A DNA stretch of 64,000 nt from Eledone cirrhosa (lineage: Eukaryota), in the NCBI GenBank assembly GCA_964016885.1, contig OZ024743.1:174220001-174284000 (forward strand). Reading direction: 5' to 3'. The notes beneath the pieces were generated by a model. It was not told the origin of the DNA. It saw nothing but the letters and a program-made list of their open reading frames with translations, and made no database searches. The position numbers were made by a program, and so were the translations under genes. Of this stretch, positions 35,719 to 49,100 are shown in pieces (position 1 is the first letter of the stretch; every line of letters starts with the position of its first letter).

Positions 35719-38700
35719 GTTAATTTTAATTTTAGAAACATCGTGTGTGTGTACCAGTACCTTTGTATCATTGTTTTGGTTCTGTTGTTGGAGCATTAAC
35801 AATGATTACCCACGGAACTTGCTGTATTTTTCCATCTCCAGGCTTTGATGCCCAAACCGTCTTAGAAGCTGTCCAGGAGGAAAGGTAAAGTATCAAAAGG
35901 ATTACTTGCATTGATAATCTGAGTTAATCTTTATATTATGTATTATATAAGAAGCAACAAATTGGCAGTCATTAGAACATTGGATAAAATGCTTTGTGGT
36001 ATTCATTCCAACTCTCTGTACTTTGAGTTCAAAATCTGCTGAGGTCAACTTTGTCTTTCATCCTTTTGAGGTCAATAAAAAAAGAACCAGTCCACTACTG
36101 GGGTTGATTGAGTTTTATATCAAATAATGATAATAATCTATTCGTTTGCAAGCAAACAACCTCATTACGCTATGTTTTTTAGATGACCATTGCCATCCTT
36201 TTGTTCTAGCAGTGACAGAGGATCAATGGATAATATTGTTTCTGGGTTATTGTCTTTTGTCACACACTAGAACTCTTGATAATATATAGTCTTCTCTAAA
36301 GTATACATCGACTGATTACTTTACATTTATCATTTATTTAATGGTATGAGGATTTTCGTCACATTCTTTGCGACCTGGTCACTGATATGGGAAGTGTTTG
36401 GGTTTTGTTTTTGTTTGAATGCCTAAAATAATTCTTCCACACTATCAATAATGTTTTCTTTTTATTCCATTAGGTGTAATTCCTTGTATGGTGTGCCAAC
36501 CATGTTTATAGATATGTTGAACCATCCGGACTTTAAGAAATATGATCTCACCTCTTTATGGACGGGGGTGATGGCCGGTTCCCTATGTCCTATCACTATC
36601 ATGGAGAAAGTGATGACAGATATGCATATGCCTAAAATGATGGTAAGTAATCATATGTTTCCTATCATTTGAAGGCTAAGATCTTCGATACTACCAGTTG
36701 TGTTATATGGTCTTGACTGTGTTAATTGGACGACAAGGTCACTTCAGAAGCTCTCTACATTCCAGGACCACATCATGAGACTTATGACTGGCAAGTGGCT
36801 CAGCGACCGTATCTGTATCAGTGAGCTGCTCAACATTACCAGACTTAGACCAATTACATCAATTGTCAAGTCAAGAGTACTCAAACTATACGGTCATATA
36901 AAAAGATCAACTCGTAGTGTGAGTAGGTTATGCCTGGAAGGAAGGTTGGCTGGTAAGAGAAGCAGAGGCCGGCAGCCAAAACGATGGCTTGATAATGTCA
37001 ACCTATGGACTTGACTTTATTTTTGCTCTTTGCTGTTGGTGATCAAACTTTGTGGAGAAAAATATCTCATTTTGATGCGAAGTTTGCAACTGGTGGACTT
37101 TAGCGTCAAAGAAGAAAGACGAATCATATGAAAGAAGCAGTGAATTATCAGAATTCTTAGAATTTCTGATAGAATGCTTTGAGGTATTTGTTCTGACTCT
37201 CTGAGTTCTAAGTTTAAAACCTGCCAAGATCAACTTTGCCTTTCATCCTTTTGGGGTTGATAAAAAAAATTACCAGTCCAGTACTGGGGTCGATTCTTCC
37301 TCTATATCTCTTTCTCATTTCCTCTCTCTCTCTCTCTCTCCTTCTTCTTCTTTTTCTTCTTCTCTGAAAGAAATTGACTGTGTTTAAACTTGGATAGGGG
37401 ATGGGCTCCACCAGATTTAAAATGCCCAAGACACACTGTATGTCATGACAACTCCCCTATGACTCCATCAAGAGTTTATACATACTGTGGTCAATTCTTC
37501 AGATTAAAACACCCATAGTGAGACTTATGTATGCTTATTATACATAAACATATCGTATATGCCTTCATATACACGTTTATTATGAACTATGCTATGTTAA
37601 TGCTACTGCTAACACAGATATATATATATATATCTATATATATAGCCAGATGGTGTTATTAAGTTAGACATGGCCTGGGTCAATACTGGACAAAACGTTA
37701 TACCCTTACGGATAGTACGATCTATACGTGGATATTTTATGTCTTGATGTGGGAGCTAAGTATATATTTTGTTTATACCATTATTTATTTGCATGGAGGT
37801 ACATGGCTTAGTGGTTAGAGCATTGGCCTTACAATCGAAAGGTTGTGAGTTCAATTCTCAGACCGGGTGATGTGTTGTTTCCTTGAGCAAGACGCTTTAT
37901 TTCACATTGCTCCAGTTTACTCAGCTGTAGAAATGAGATGATAGGGACTGGGTTCCCTATCATTCCACTGAAAAGTGGACGTGTAGGTGCCACGGCAAAA
38001 AAGCACCCAGCACTCACTGTAAATGAGGTTGGTGTTAGGAAGGGCATCCAGCTGTAGAAATCAAGCCAGCATCAGTTCCCGTCCCACCCTTGCAAGCAGG
38101 GAAAAGCGGACGTAAAATGAAATGAAAATGAATGAAATAGGTAAGTATATATTATCCGTATGTTTTGTGAAGGTACGTATACCTTCTCGTACGTATATTT
38201 GATTGTTTATGTTATGGCGTATAATTTTATATATTCTGGTACATATGGTTTGGCTATGTGTATACGGGAGTTTTGCGTCTGTGTGAGTTTGCTGGTTCGT
38301 ACGTATGTGGGTGTGTGTATATGTGTACTTCATGCTTTGGTTGACTTACGTCTCCGAACATTCGTGTATTTATATGTAGGTATGTGTGTGCGCTTGTTAT
38401 ATACGTATTTATTTATATACGTTTATATAATTATTTATTTATTTGTATACACGCATACACACACACATATTTATATGTGCATGGTTTTGTATACCTATGG
38501 TAAGTGTTTTGCGTATGCTTGTGTATGTACGCATTTGTTTGCGTGTATGTATTTATTTCTATTTCTTCTGTATTGTATTTATTTACTTTGTTCTTAACTC
38601 TGTAGCGGAGATGCATTCAGTCTCCTAGTTAGAATTTTAGTCTACGACTTCTGCTATACCATTTACGTGGTTTTGTCTTTGCGTGCTATTGTTCTCCACG

Positions 38701-39143
38701 CTCCACATATGACGTATTATCCTCATCTTTTTCGTTCATTGCTAGAGAACGTCTCTATGAACCACCTGAGAGAACATTAGTCTACGACCTCTCTTATACC
38801 ATAAACGTGGTTCTGTCTTTGCGCGTAATTGTTTTTCACCGCTCCTATTAATGACGTATTATATTCGTTTTTTCCCGTTCTTTGCCAGCGAACGTTTCCA
38901 CGAACCAAAGTATCCTCTTCCTGTCTTCCTCCGGTTGCAACGTTTTTTTAAATATCCACTTCTGCATTTACAGATTGACTTTGTTAGTTTCAGAAGATCC
39001 CGTTAAGGGTGAAAGCAGCGATTCTTTGCTTAAACTTTAATCTGTTATTTTAATAAATATTTGCTCTACGGTTCTTATATATTTGATATATATTTATCCT
39101 TATCGAGCCCTCTTTGGATTTTAGTCTTCAAATTTATTATTAT

Positions 39144-39183
<40 letters not shown>

Positions 39184-40122
39184 ACTTAGAGTTTACACTC
39201 AATGGGGTCATTTACAATTATTTCAGCTCTAAGAATCGCTTCTGAGCAGAATAAATTAATATTTGATGAACATTTACATGTTTTAGTTGCAATTGACTAA
39301 TAAAATCGTTAGAATGAAATATCTTAATTCAAATACATATAGTTTGCCTGTACGATCTAAAAAATAATAAATCAATACTCACAAACCCATATGGGCAAAA
39401 GGCCTTGGTACCTAGACACGTTTAAATTTCAAAATACAAACTTTTTCCGCAGATCGGTCAGAACTTCAAACATTAAACATGTTTTACAAAGGATGGTATA
39501 ATAGTGAAATAATTAATTAATTAGTAGTGAGTTAATTAATTTTCTGTGTTTATCAATAGGTACCCAGATAAATTAAATAACTTCACCTCAGAAAAATATC
39601 TAAGGTCTGGTTAACGTAGCGAAAATACACGAGGTTTTGCACACGACTTATTCCAGTCCTCTAACGTCCCACACATAGTGCTAGAAATAACAGCCGTTTA
39701 TATGGGATTACAAATTCAGCTCGACTGAGGGAGCAGTAATATAATATAACTTAGAGTTTACACTCAATGGGGTCATTTACAATTATTTCAGCTCTCAGAA
39801 TCGCTTCTGAGCAGAATAAATTAATATTTGATGAACATTTACATGTTTTAGTTGCAATTGACTAATAAAATCGTTAGAATGAAATATCTTAATTCAAATA
39901 CATATAGTATGCCTGTACGATCTAAAAAATAATAAATCAATACTCACAAACCCATATGGGCAAAAGGCCTTAGTACCTAGACACGTTTAAATTTCAAAAT
40001 ACAAACTTTTTCCGCAGATCGGTCAGAACTTCAAACTTTAAACATGTTTCACAAAGGATGGTATAATAGTGAAATAATTAATTAATTAGTAGTGAGTTAA
40101 TTAATTTTCTGTGTTTATTAGT

Positions 40123-40196
<74 letters not shown>

Positions 40197-43100
40197 ATAC
40201 TTTGGGAAGGTCATGTTGCCTATAAAAACATATACACCTGTTGATTTTCACTTCAATTTATTACAAATTTCCAGTTGGTTGGTTCAATAACCGGATGGTT
40301 GTTTATTTATTGTCAAAGCTCTTTCGTCGCACATTCTGTCACCTCTTCAGTAACTGATTTGTTATTTTGTGTCTCCCCTTTGTTCTATCCTATACCATCT
40401 CTCGAAGTATAACAATATCTGTTTCAACACACATTTTCAGATAAGAAATCTTGCAAAAATAATTAAAAAATGAAATATATATATATATTATGGAAGATGG
40501 ACGTTAAACGCTGATGATGATGATGATTTCTAAATAAATCTATAGATGATGTTGGATTCCCAAACACAGAAATAACTGCAATCACAGACAGTTGCTATAA
40601 AATAACTTAGAAAAATTATGTAAAGATCCTTAGAGACAGAGAAAGATGTTTTTTCAGTGGCTGCTACGAAGAATCGAACTCTGGCCACTGGCAACATCTT
40701 TTGCTAGCTTTAAGGGTCATTCATCATCATCATCATCATCATCATCGATTAACGTCCATATTCCACGCTTGCATGGGTTTGGACGGGAGTTTTCCCACTT
40801 GAGGCAAGAGTGGTTGTCTTGCTCGCATAGGACTGTCTGGCGGGTTTTCTACGGCTGGATGCCCTTCCTAACACCAACCACATTTACAGTGTGGAACTGA
40901 GAGGTTTTTACCGTGTTACCTACACGGCCACATTACAGCGTGGACTGTGTGTTTTTTTGTCGTGACACCTACACGACCTCATTTGTTTCGGGCTGGATGT
41001 TGTGACACCAGCATAACTTTACATTGAAAGGGGGTGGTGTGGATGGGGTGTGGGTGGTGGGACGGGGTGTATTTTGTTAGAGATGCCTATGTATTTAGGT
41101 AAGGCGGGTCTTCTCTATTATTGAGTACCGCCAAAGGTCTCGGTCCAGTGACATTGTCTTGGAGAGGTGTAAGTGTGTGAGGTCGGAGTTTATCAGCTCG
41201 TCCCAGGATTTTCTAGGTCTGCCTATTCCGTGGCTACCGTCTATTTTTATTGCCCTGCACTTTTTTATACAGCTGTCGTCTTTCACGCGCATCACGTGAC
41301 CATACCAACGTAGTCTTCTCTCGAGTAAACAACATCTGATCCCTCTTATTTCTAATTTCTCCCTTAGTACGTTTATGCTTTGCCGTTCACGTATATTACT
41401 ATTACACATCCAACGGAGCATGCAAGCTTCATTTCTCTCCAGTCTGCGTATATCCTCTGCACACAATGCCCAGGTCTCACTGCCATGTAACATTGCTGTT
41501 CGTATGCAGGCATCATACAGCCTGCCTTTCATTTTTAGAGAGAACCCTTTAGCGGCCAATAGTGGTATAAGCCCTCTGAACTTTTTCCACCCCGTTCTGA
41601 CTCTAGCTACTGTACTTTCAGAGCACCCTCCTCCACTGCTGATTTTATCACGCAGGTAACGGAAGCTGTCCACTATTTCTATAGAACCATCTGTGCAATG
41701 GAATGAGTTAGTATTCTGTGGGCTCTTGCTGCTACTTATTGCACCAGAGCACCGGCTACATGTAAAATCTATAGTCTTAGTTAGCTTACCTGTGATCCCA
41801 CTACATCTTTTATGTACCCATACTTTGCATTTGGGACATAAAATGGAGTTTCTACCTACTCCTTTCCTACACACTGAGCATGGCCTTTTCCCAGATGGGA
41901 CCGGTGCCCTATTTTCCTTCCTACAAACTAGAACTTTAGTCTTAGACAAGTTAACTTTACTTAATTAAAAAAAAATATTTTCTAGCAACTGTATGTAGTT
42001 ACAGTTACTTTTTGTGTTTGAGCATCCTTACATCTATATATATAAAACTGGGGATGTAGGTCTGTGTGTGTATGTGTCTGTGAGTTTGAATCCCTAAAAC
42101 TTGAGAAGTACCCAACCGATTTTTTTCAAACTTTACATGTGTATTATTTATGTTTTAGGGTGTGTTATGCACATAAAAAAATTCAACTGTTTGATCCCCT
42201 AGGGCCCGCATTAGGTGAAAAACTGCGTTCTTTCAGCTTTTTAGGGGTTTTATAAGGCGTTACGTCAGACCGATTTCCTTGAAATTGTAACTATGTATTA
42301 GTCAGTCTCTTCTTCATACTGTGAGCAAAGAAAATCCAACTTTTTATGGCCTAGGGCCCGCATTAGGTGAAAAACTTCATTTTTCTCAGCTTTTTAGGGC
42401 TTTTTGGAGGCGTTACGTCTAGCTGATTTTCCCCAAATTTCAAGGCATATTATGCACATTAAAAAAATTCATTTTCTTGATCCCCTTGAGCCCGCATTAG
42501 GTGAAAACCTGCATTTTTCCTGCTTCATCGAGGAAAATCTTAAAGATTATCCAGCCAACAGAGTATTCAGTTTATTTTCTTTACATATTGTCCAGGTATG
42601 CAGTTTTTCCACGATTAGGTCTGTTGGCGGCTCACGTTCCAAAATACCTTATCCCGTGCAACGCCGGGTGCCACTGCTAGTCTTTTATAAATTTATTTCC
42701 TCAGCACTTCATAAGTTTCAATGTTTGAGTTTCACAGATGATGTTGGTTTATGTTTCAGATTTGTTATGGAAGTACAGAAACAAGTCCAGTGACATTCCA
42801 GAGCATCTTTGATGATAATGCAGAAAGAAAATGTTCAACAATTGGTCAAGTTTTACACCATACTGAGGTATGTCTTTATATTCTAGTGGCATGTTTTACA
42901 CTACAGTGAAGGCTTACTGGTTTAGAGTAATTGGCTTGTAATTGAGATGTAGTGAGTTTTATTCTTGGAATGGGTGATGTGTTGTGTCCTTTAGTAAGAC
43001 ACTTTATTTCATGTTTACTCAGAAATGAGTTGAGATGTCACTGGTGTTGAGCTGTATCAGCCATTGCCTTTCGCTTGAACAACATCAGTGGGAGACTGGT

Positions 43101-46100
43101 ATGCATGGGCAACTGCTGGTCTGCCACAAACAAACCTTGCCCAAACTTGTGCCTTGGAAGGGAAACTTTCTAGGTGCAATACCATGGTCATTTGTGACCG
43201 ATGGTGGCCTTAAAAAAAGATATATTTTATACTATAGTGACATACATATTTTATACCATTGTGAGATATATATTTTATACCATTGTGAGATATATATTTT
43301 ATACCATTGTGAGATATATGTTTTATACCATTGTGAAATATATGTTTTATACCATTGTGAGATATATATTTTATATCATTCTGAGATATTAGTGATATAT
43401 ATTTCTAATCCTACTGAGATAAGGCAGTGAATTAGCAGAGTTGTTAAAATATTGGACAGAATGTTTTATAGTATTCATACCAACACTCTGCACTTTCTGA
43501 GTTCAAAATCTGCTGAGATAAATGGTGACTTTAATCCTTTTGAGGTTGATAAATAGTCAAGTACTAGGGTTAATTCTTCCTCTCTTTTCCTTCAAGAAAC
43601 TGGTTGGTGTGTGTGTGTGGGGGGGGGGCTAATAAGTCATAGGCTGTATAAACGTCTTATTTTCATTAAATAAATCTTTACATATAAATTTTTTGCGGTG
43701 AAGTGATAAATGGTTGTATCTATAGTTGTCTTATCAAGTGCATGTGTGCATTGTTCTCTCTCTTTCACTCTCTGCCTCCATCTCTTGCTCTCCCCATCTC
43801 TCACTATTATAAACAAAGGGGAGCCCACATGCTGGCTGCCCTGCGATCTTGGCAGACAGAATAAAGAAGGCGTTTCCCCAGAGGTTATATATAGACATGA
43901 AAGGCAGATGGGCTCCTCCAGGTTTAAAATTCCCAAGACACAATATATGTCAATATGGTCCCATGCATACAAGATATGTTTCATTCATAAATTTCACTGT
44001 CAACTTCTATTGAATAGACCAAATTCTGTTTCTATAGTTGTAACTAACACGTGCAAAGGGGTTGTACACACTGAAAGAAAAAATTCCTAACAAGGACTGA
44101 CAATAATAGAATCAATTACACATTGTCACTGATCCCATCTCTGTCACTCTCCCCATCTCTCTCGCTCTCCCCATCTCTCCCTATTATAAGCATAGACTTG
44201 AATTGACTAACATTGTAAACCCTATAATTTTCTATTTCCTTCATACATTTCATTGACAATTTGTATTTAACAGGCTAAAATTGTCAACTCAGATGGAGAA
44301 TTAGTTGGCATAAATGAGCCTGGAGAACTCTATACTCGAGGTTACACAACCATGTTAAGTTACTGGAAAGATCCAAAAAAAACAGCTGAAGCTATCAAGA
44401 GTGGGGGATGGTATGCAACAGGGTAAGACTTTTCATTTGTTAAAAACTATACAGCTAGTATATTAACTATTAAAATGGAAATGGTGATGCTCTAGCTATA
44501 GGGGCATAGAAGCAGATCAGGTTATTAAAGTGGTAGAGTGCTGGTATAACTAATTAGGGAGAATGTCATTAAATTAAATGTAGTTTGGCTTTGTGCCAAG
44601 AAGAGACACCACTGGTGCCCTCTCCTTAGTGAGATAACTGTGAGAGAAGCTTCATATAATAATAATAATAATGAAAATGATTGCATATAGTGCTCAGGTG
44701 CACTACAACTCATCAAAGGTGCATGTTTAATACATAGAATAATATACAAATGTCAGGAAAGGGAACAGTGTATGAGTTATGATTTACACACAGATACATG
44801 CATGCGTGTGTATGAAGAGGGAATATCAGGTGTAGTGTTAGCGAATTTCGGGAAGCATGGAAGTTTTGTAAATCTGGAAAATACCTTTGATACAGTACCA
44901 TGATCTGTAACCTGGTCATCCTTAAGGAAACCAATTAAATATGAGTGGCTCACAAGAGCACTACAAACAATGTATACAAATGCTGTCAGTAAAGTGAGAG
45001 TAGGTGATGAGTTTAGTAAGGAATTTGATGTGCAGGTGGGTGTTCATCCAGGCTGTTTTCAACTCCCTCTGCTTATTATAGTGGTTCAGGCCATATCAGG
45101 GGAATTTAATGCAGGTTGTCCTTGGGAACTTCTCTATGCTGATGATCTGGTTCTTACATTATATAAGTCACATCTCCCTTTATACATATATCACCTACAA
45201 TACACTATATATTCATTGTGAATTGAAATGTTTTAGATAAGTCTCATGTTTGGGTCTTTGGAGTAACATTACTCAATAGAGTGCATAGCTCAGAAATCAG
45301 AGAGTCACTCCCGGTAGAGCTGCTACTTCTCCAAATTGAAAGATCACAGCTCTGATACTATGGGCATGTGGCTAGAAGGTCTCAAGAAAGAATCGTTGGA
45401 CAGATTTTATGGGCAAAACCAACCAGCAGGAGACCCTGAGCAAGATAGTTGAATAACATCCATGAGCTTTGCTGGTCCTGCTTGGGGATCCAGCCAGATC
45501 CGTTGGGGACAGTTGCTTCTGACAGGACCCGCTGGAAGGAGTGTTTGAAGACTCTGCCTCCCACAACTCTCTCAGACATAAGTGGGCGAATAAGAAGTCT
45601 CATGTTAGTGTTTTCATCTATTTTATGTGGAAAAAGATTACAACTTACACATGACTATATATCATCATCATCATCATCATCAGGTTTAGCGTCCGTGTTC
45701 CACGCTTGCATGGGTTTGGACGGGGGTTTTCCCACTTGAGGCAAGAGTGGTTGTCTTGCTCGCATAGGACTGTCTGGCGGGTTTTCTACAGCTGGATGCC
45801 CTTCCTAACACCAACCACATTTACAGTGTGGGGCTGGGAGGTTTTTACCGTGTTGCCTACACGGCCACATTTACAGCGTGGACTGTGTATTTTTTTATCG
45901 TGACACCTACACGATCTCATTTGTTTCGGCCTGGATGTTGTGGGACCAACATATATAGTAAATATTCCATGACAGAATCATAATGTCAGAGAAAGATATA
46001 TTCTTCTTGCAGAGATATTGGAAAGTTTGATGAATATGGATACTGCAGACTAACTGGTCGCATCAAAGACATGATTATTCGGGGAGGTGAGAACATCTAC

Positions 46101-49100
46101 CCTATTGAAATTGAAACATTACTTTATAAACATCCTAAGGTGAAGGAAGTTCAGGTAAGCAATGTTCTCCCTCATCCTCGTTAATCTATTTTCTATTTAA
46201 AAATCTCAATAACTATTTATGGGTTGGTGGAACAAAAAAGCACCCAGTCCACTCTGAAAGGTGGTAGCGCTGGTGCCACGACAAAAAAAGCACCCAGTCC
46301 ATTCTGTAAGGTGGTAGTGCTGGAGTCACAATAAAATGCTTCAAGTACACTCTATAAAGTGGTTGGCATTCAGCTGTGTAAACCCAACCCAAAACAGAGC
46401 ATATGAGCAAGTCATAAACACCTGTTCTGTCTAGCCTCAGTTTTTGACAACCTGTATAACCCATGAAAGCATAGAAAATAGATGTTACATAGTGACAATG
46501 GTGATGATTGTACATGAGTTCAAATGTACCTTTAGTTGCCAAACCAGTCAAAACCAGCTCTTGTTCTATGAAATAAAGTCACTCATTTTAAAGGTTCCAA
46601 CATAATTTTATATAAGAACCTTACATTAAATTACTATCTTAGTAATGAAATAATTATAGTAAATCCTTAAAAAATCTTCATTAATTAATTGAAATAGAGT
46701 GTATTTCATTAGAAATGCAGTCATGAAAGGGAAATACCATTTCTATCTCATCTTTCCCTTTGACACCAACTGAAATACTTTAAACAGACTTTAAATAATA
46801 ATAATAATCATGATGGTGGTGGTGGTAGTGGTGGTGGTTGTGTTGTTGTTGTTGTTGTTGATGGTGGTGATGATGATTCACTTGTTGAAGGTTAATGACC
46901 AAGATAGTAACATGATATTTTTCGTTTGATTGTAATTCATTTTATAGGTTGTTGGTATACCAGATGAACGTCTCGGAGAAGAAGTGTGTGCCTGTATTCA
47001 ACTCCAAGAAAATACAGAATGTAGTGAAAAGGAGATTACAGATTACTGCATTGAACATGTAAGTAACAGATAGTGAAGACTTCTGGTGTCTTTGGCCCTA
47101 GGGCCACCTCCCTACTCACCACCATTGGCATGGGGTTGGCTACCTACAGGCATGAGCCACGCAAGGAGGAATGGCTTTTCCAATGCGTCTCTCATCATCT
47201 TTTGGGGAAATGTCTTCTCTATTCTGTCCGCTGAGCAGCCTGCACATGGGCCCCCATTTGCTTATAAGAGAGATGGGAAGAGCGAGAGAGATGGAGGCAG
47301 TGAGTGAAAGAGAGAGAACATCAACACTTATTTACTTATTTATTTAAATACATAAATATGAAAAAGACTGCTAGAGTGGTGTGTATCCAGTTTAGAATAG
47401 GTACACTGAATCCATGGAGGTAGTAGCGGCACTCTGTCGGTTACAACGGCTAGTTTTCCAACTGATAATGATCAACAGAACAGCCTGCTCATGAAATTCG
47501 TGCAAGTCATCATCATCATCGTTTATCGTCTATCTTCCATGCTAGCATGGGTTTAGACGGGAATTGTTCCACTTAAGGCAAGATTGGTCGTCTCGCTCGT
47601 ATGGGACTGTCTGGCAGGTTTTCTACGGCTGGATGCCCTTCCTAACACCAACCACGTTTACAGTGTGGACTGTGTGTTTTTTTTTTGTCGTGACACCTAC
47701 ACAACCTCATTTATTTAGGACTGGATGCTGTGGTACCAACATAACTTTTCAGAGAAAGGGGTGGTGTTGGGGTAGTGGAAGGGGGTGTATATTTGATTAA
47801 GAGGAGCCTACTGACTGTAGGTTTTGCTTTGTACTTAGGCAAGGCAGGTTTTCTGTATTACTGTGTAGCGCCAAAGATCTCAGTCCAGTGACATTGTCTT
47901 AGAGAGGTGTAAGTGTGTAAGGTCAGAAGTTATCAAATCATCCAAAGTTTTTCTGGGTCTGCCTACTCCGTAGCTTCCATCAATTCTGATTGCCCTGCTC
48001 TTTTTTATACAGCTGTCGTCTTTCATGCGCATCACGTGACCATACCAACGTAGTCTTCTCTTGAGTAAACAGCATCTGATCCCTCTTATACCTAATTTCT
48101 CACTTAATTCATTTATGCTTTGCTGTTCATGTATTACACATCCAGCGGAGCATGCATGCTTCGTTCCTCTCCAGTCTGTGCAGATCCTCTGCACACAATG
48201 CCCATGTCTCAATGCCATGTAACATAGCTGTTCGTATGCAGGCATCATACAGTCTGCCTTTCATTTTTAGAGAGAACCCTTTAGCGGCCAATAGTGGTAT
48301 AAGCTCTCTGAACTTTTTCCATCCCGTTCTGACTCTGGCTACTGTAATTTCTGAGCACCCTCCACCACTGCTGATTTTGTCACCCAGGTAACGGAAGGTA
48401 TCCACTATTTCTATAGAGCCATCTGGGCAATAGAAGGAGCTAGTATCCTGTGGGCGCTTGCTACTTATTGCACCTGAGCACCGGCCACATATAAAATCTA
48501 CATTCTTAGATAGCTTACCTGTGATCCCACATCTTTTATGCACCCATACTTTGCATTTGAGACATAAAATCGAATTTCTGCCTACTCCTTTCCTACACAC
48601 TGGGCATGGCCATTTCCCAGAGGAGACCTGTGCCCTATTTTCCTTCCTACATACTAAAACTTTAGTCTTAGACAAGTTAACTTTAAGGCCTTTTGATTCT
48701 AGGCCATGCTTCCATGTTTGGAATTTCTTCTCTAGTTCAGCCACTGATTCAGCTATGAGCGTTAGATCATCTGCATAGAGAAGTTCCTATGGGCAGCCGG
48801 TCTTGAACTCCTCTGTTATAGCCTGAAGGGCAATAATAAATAGGAGGGGGCTAAGGACAGAGCCCTGATGAACATCACCTTTTACACTAAATTCTTCACT
48901 ATATTCGTTGTTAATTCTAACCTTGCTGACTGTTTCTTTATACAGGGCTTGTATAGCTCTCACAAGCCATTCATTAACCCCTAGTTTTCTAAGGGCCCAC
49001 CAGATAATGGCGTGGGGGAATTTCTCAAAGGCTTTCTCCAAGTCAGCAAAAGCTAAGTATAGGGGTTTACTTTTAGCTAGGTACTTCTCCTGTAGTTGTC

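Noticed and set aside
36580-36590. ACSF2 pseudogenisation (GSLCP instead of GSPxP)
   Set aside because: All exons are open, splice sites are intact and core catalytic motifs are conserved
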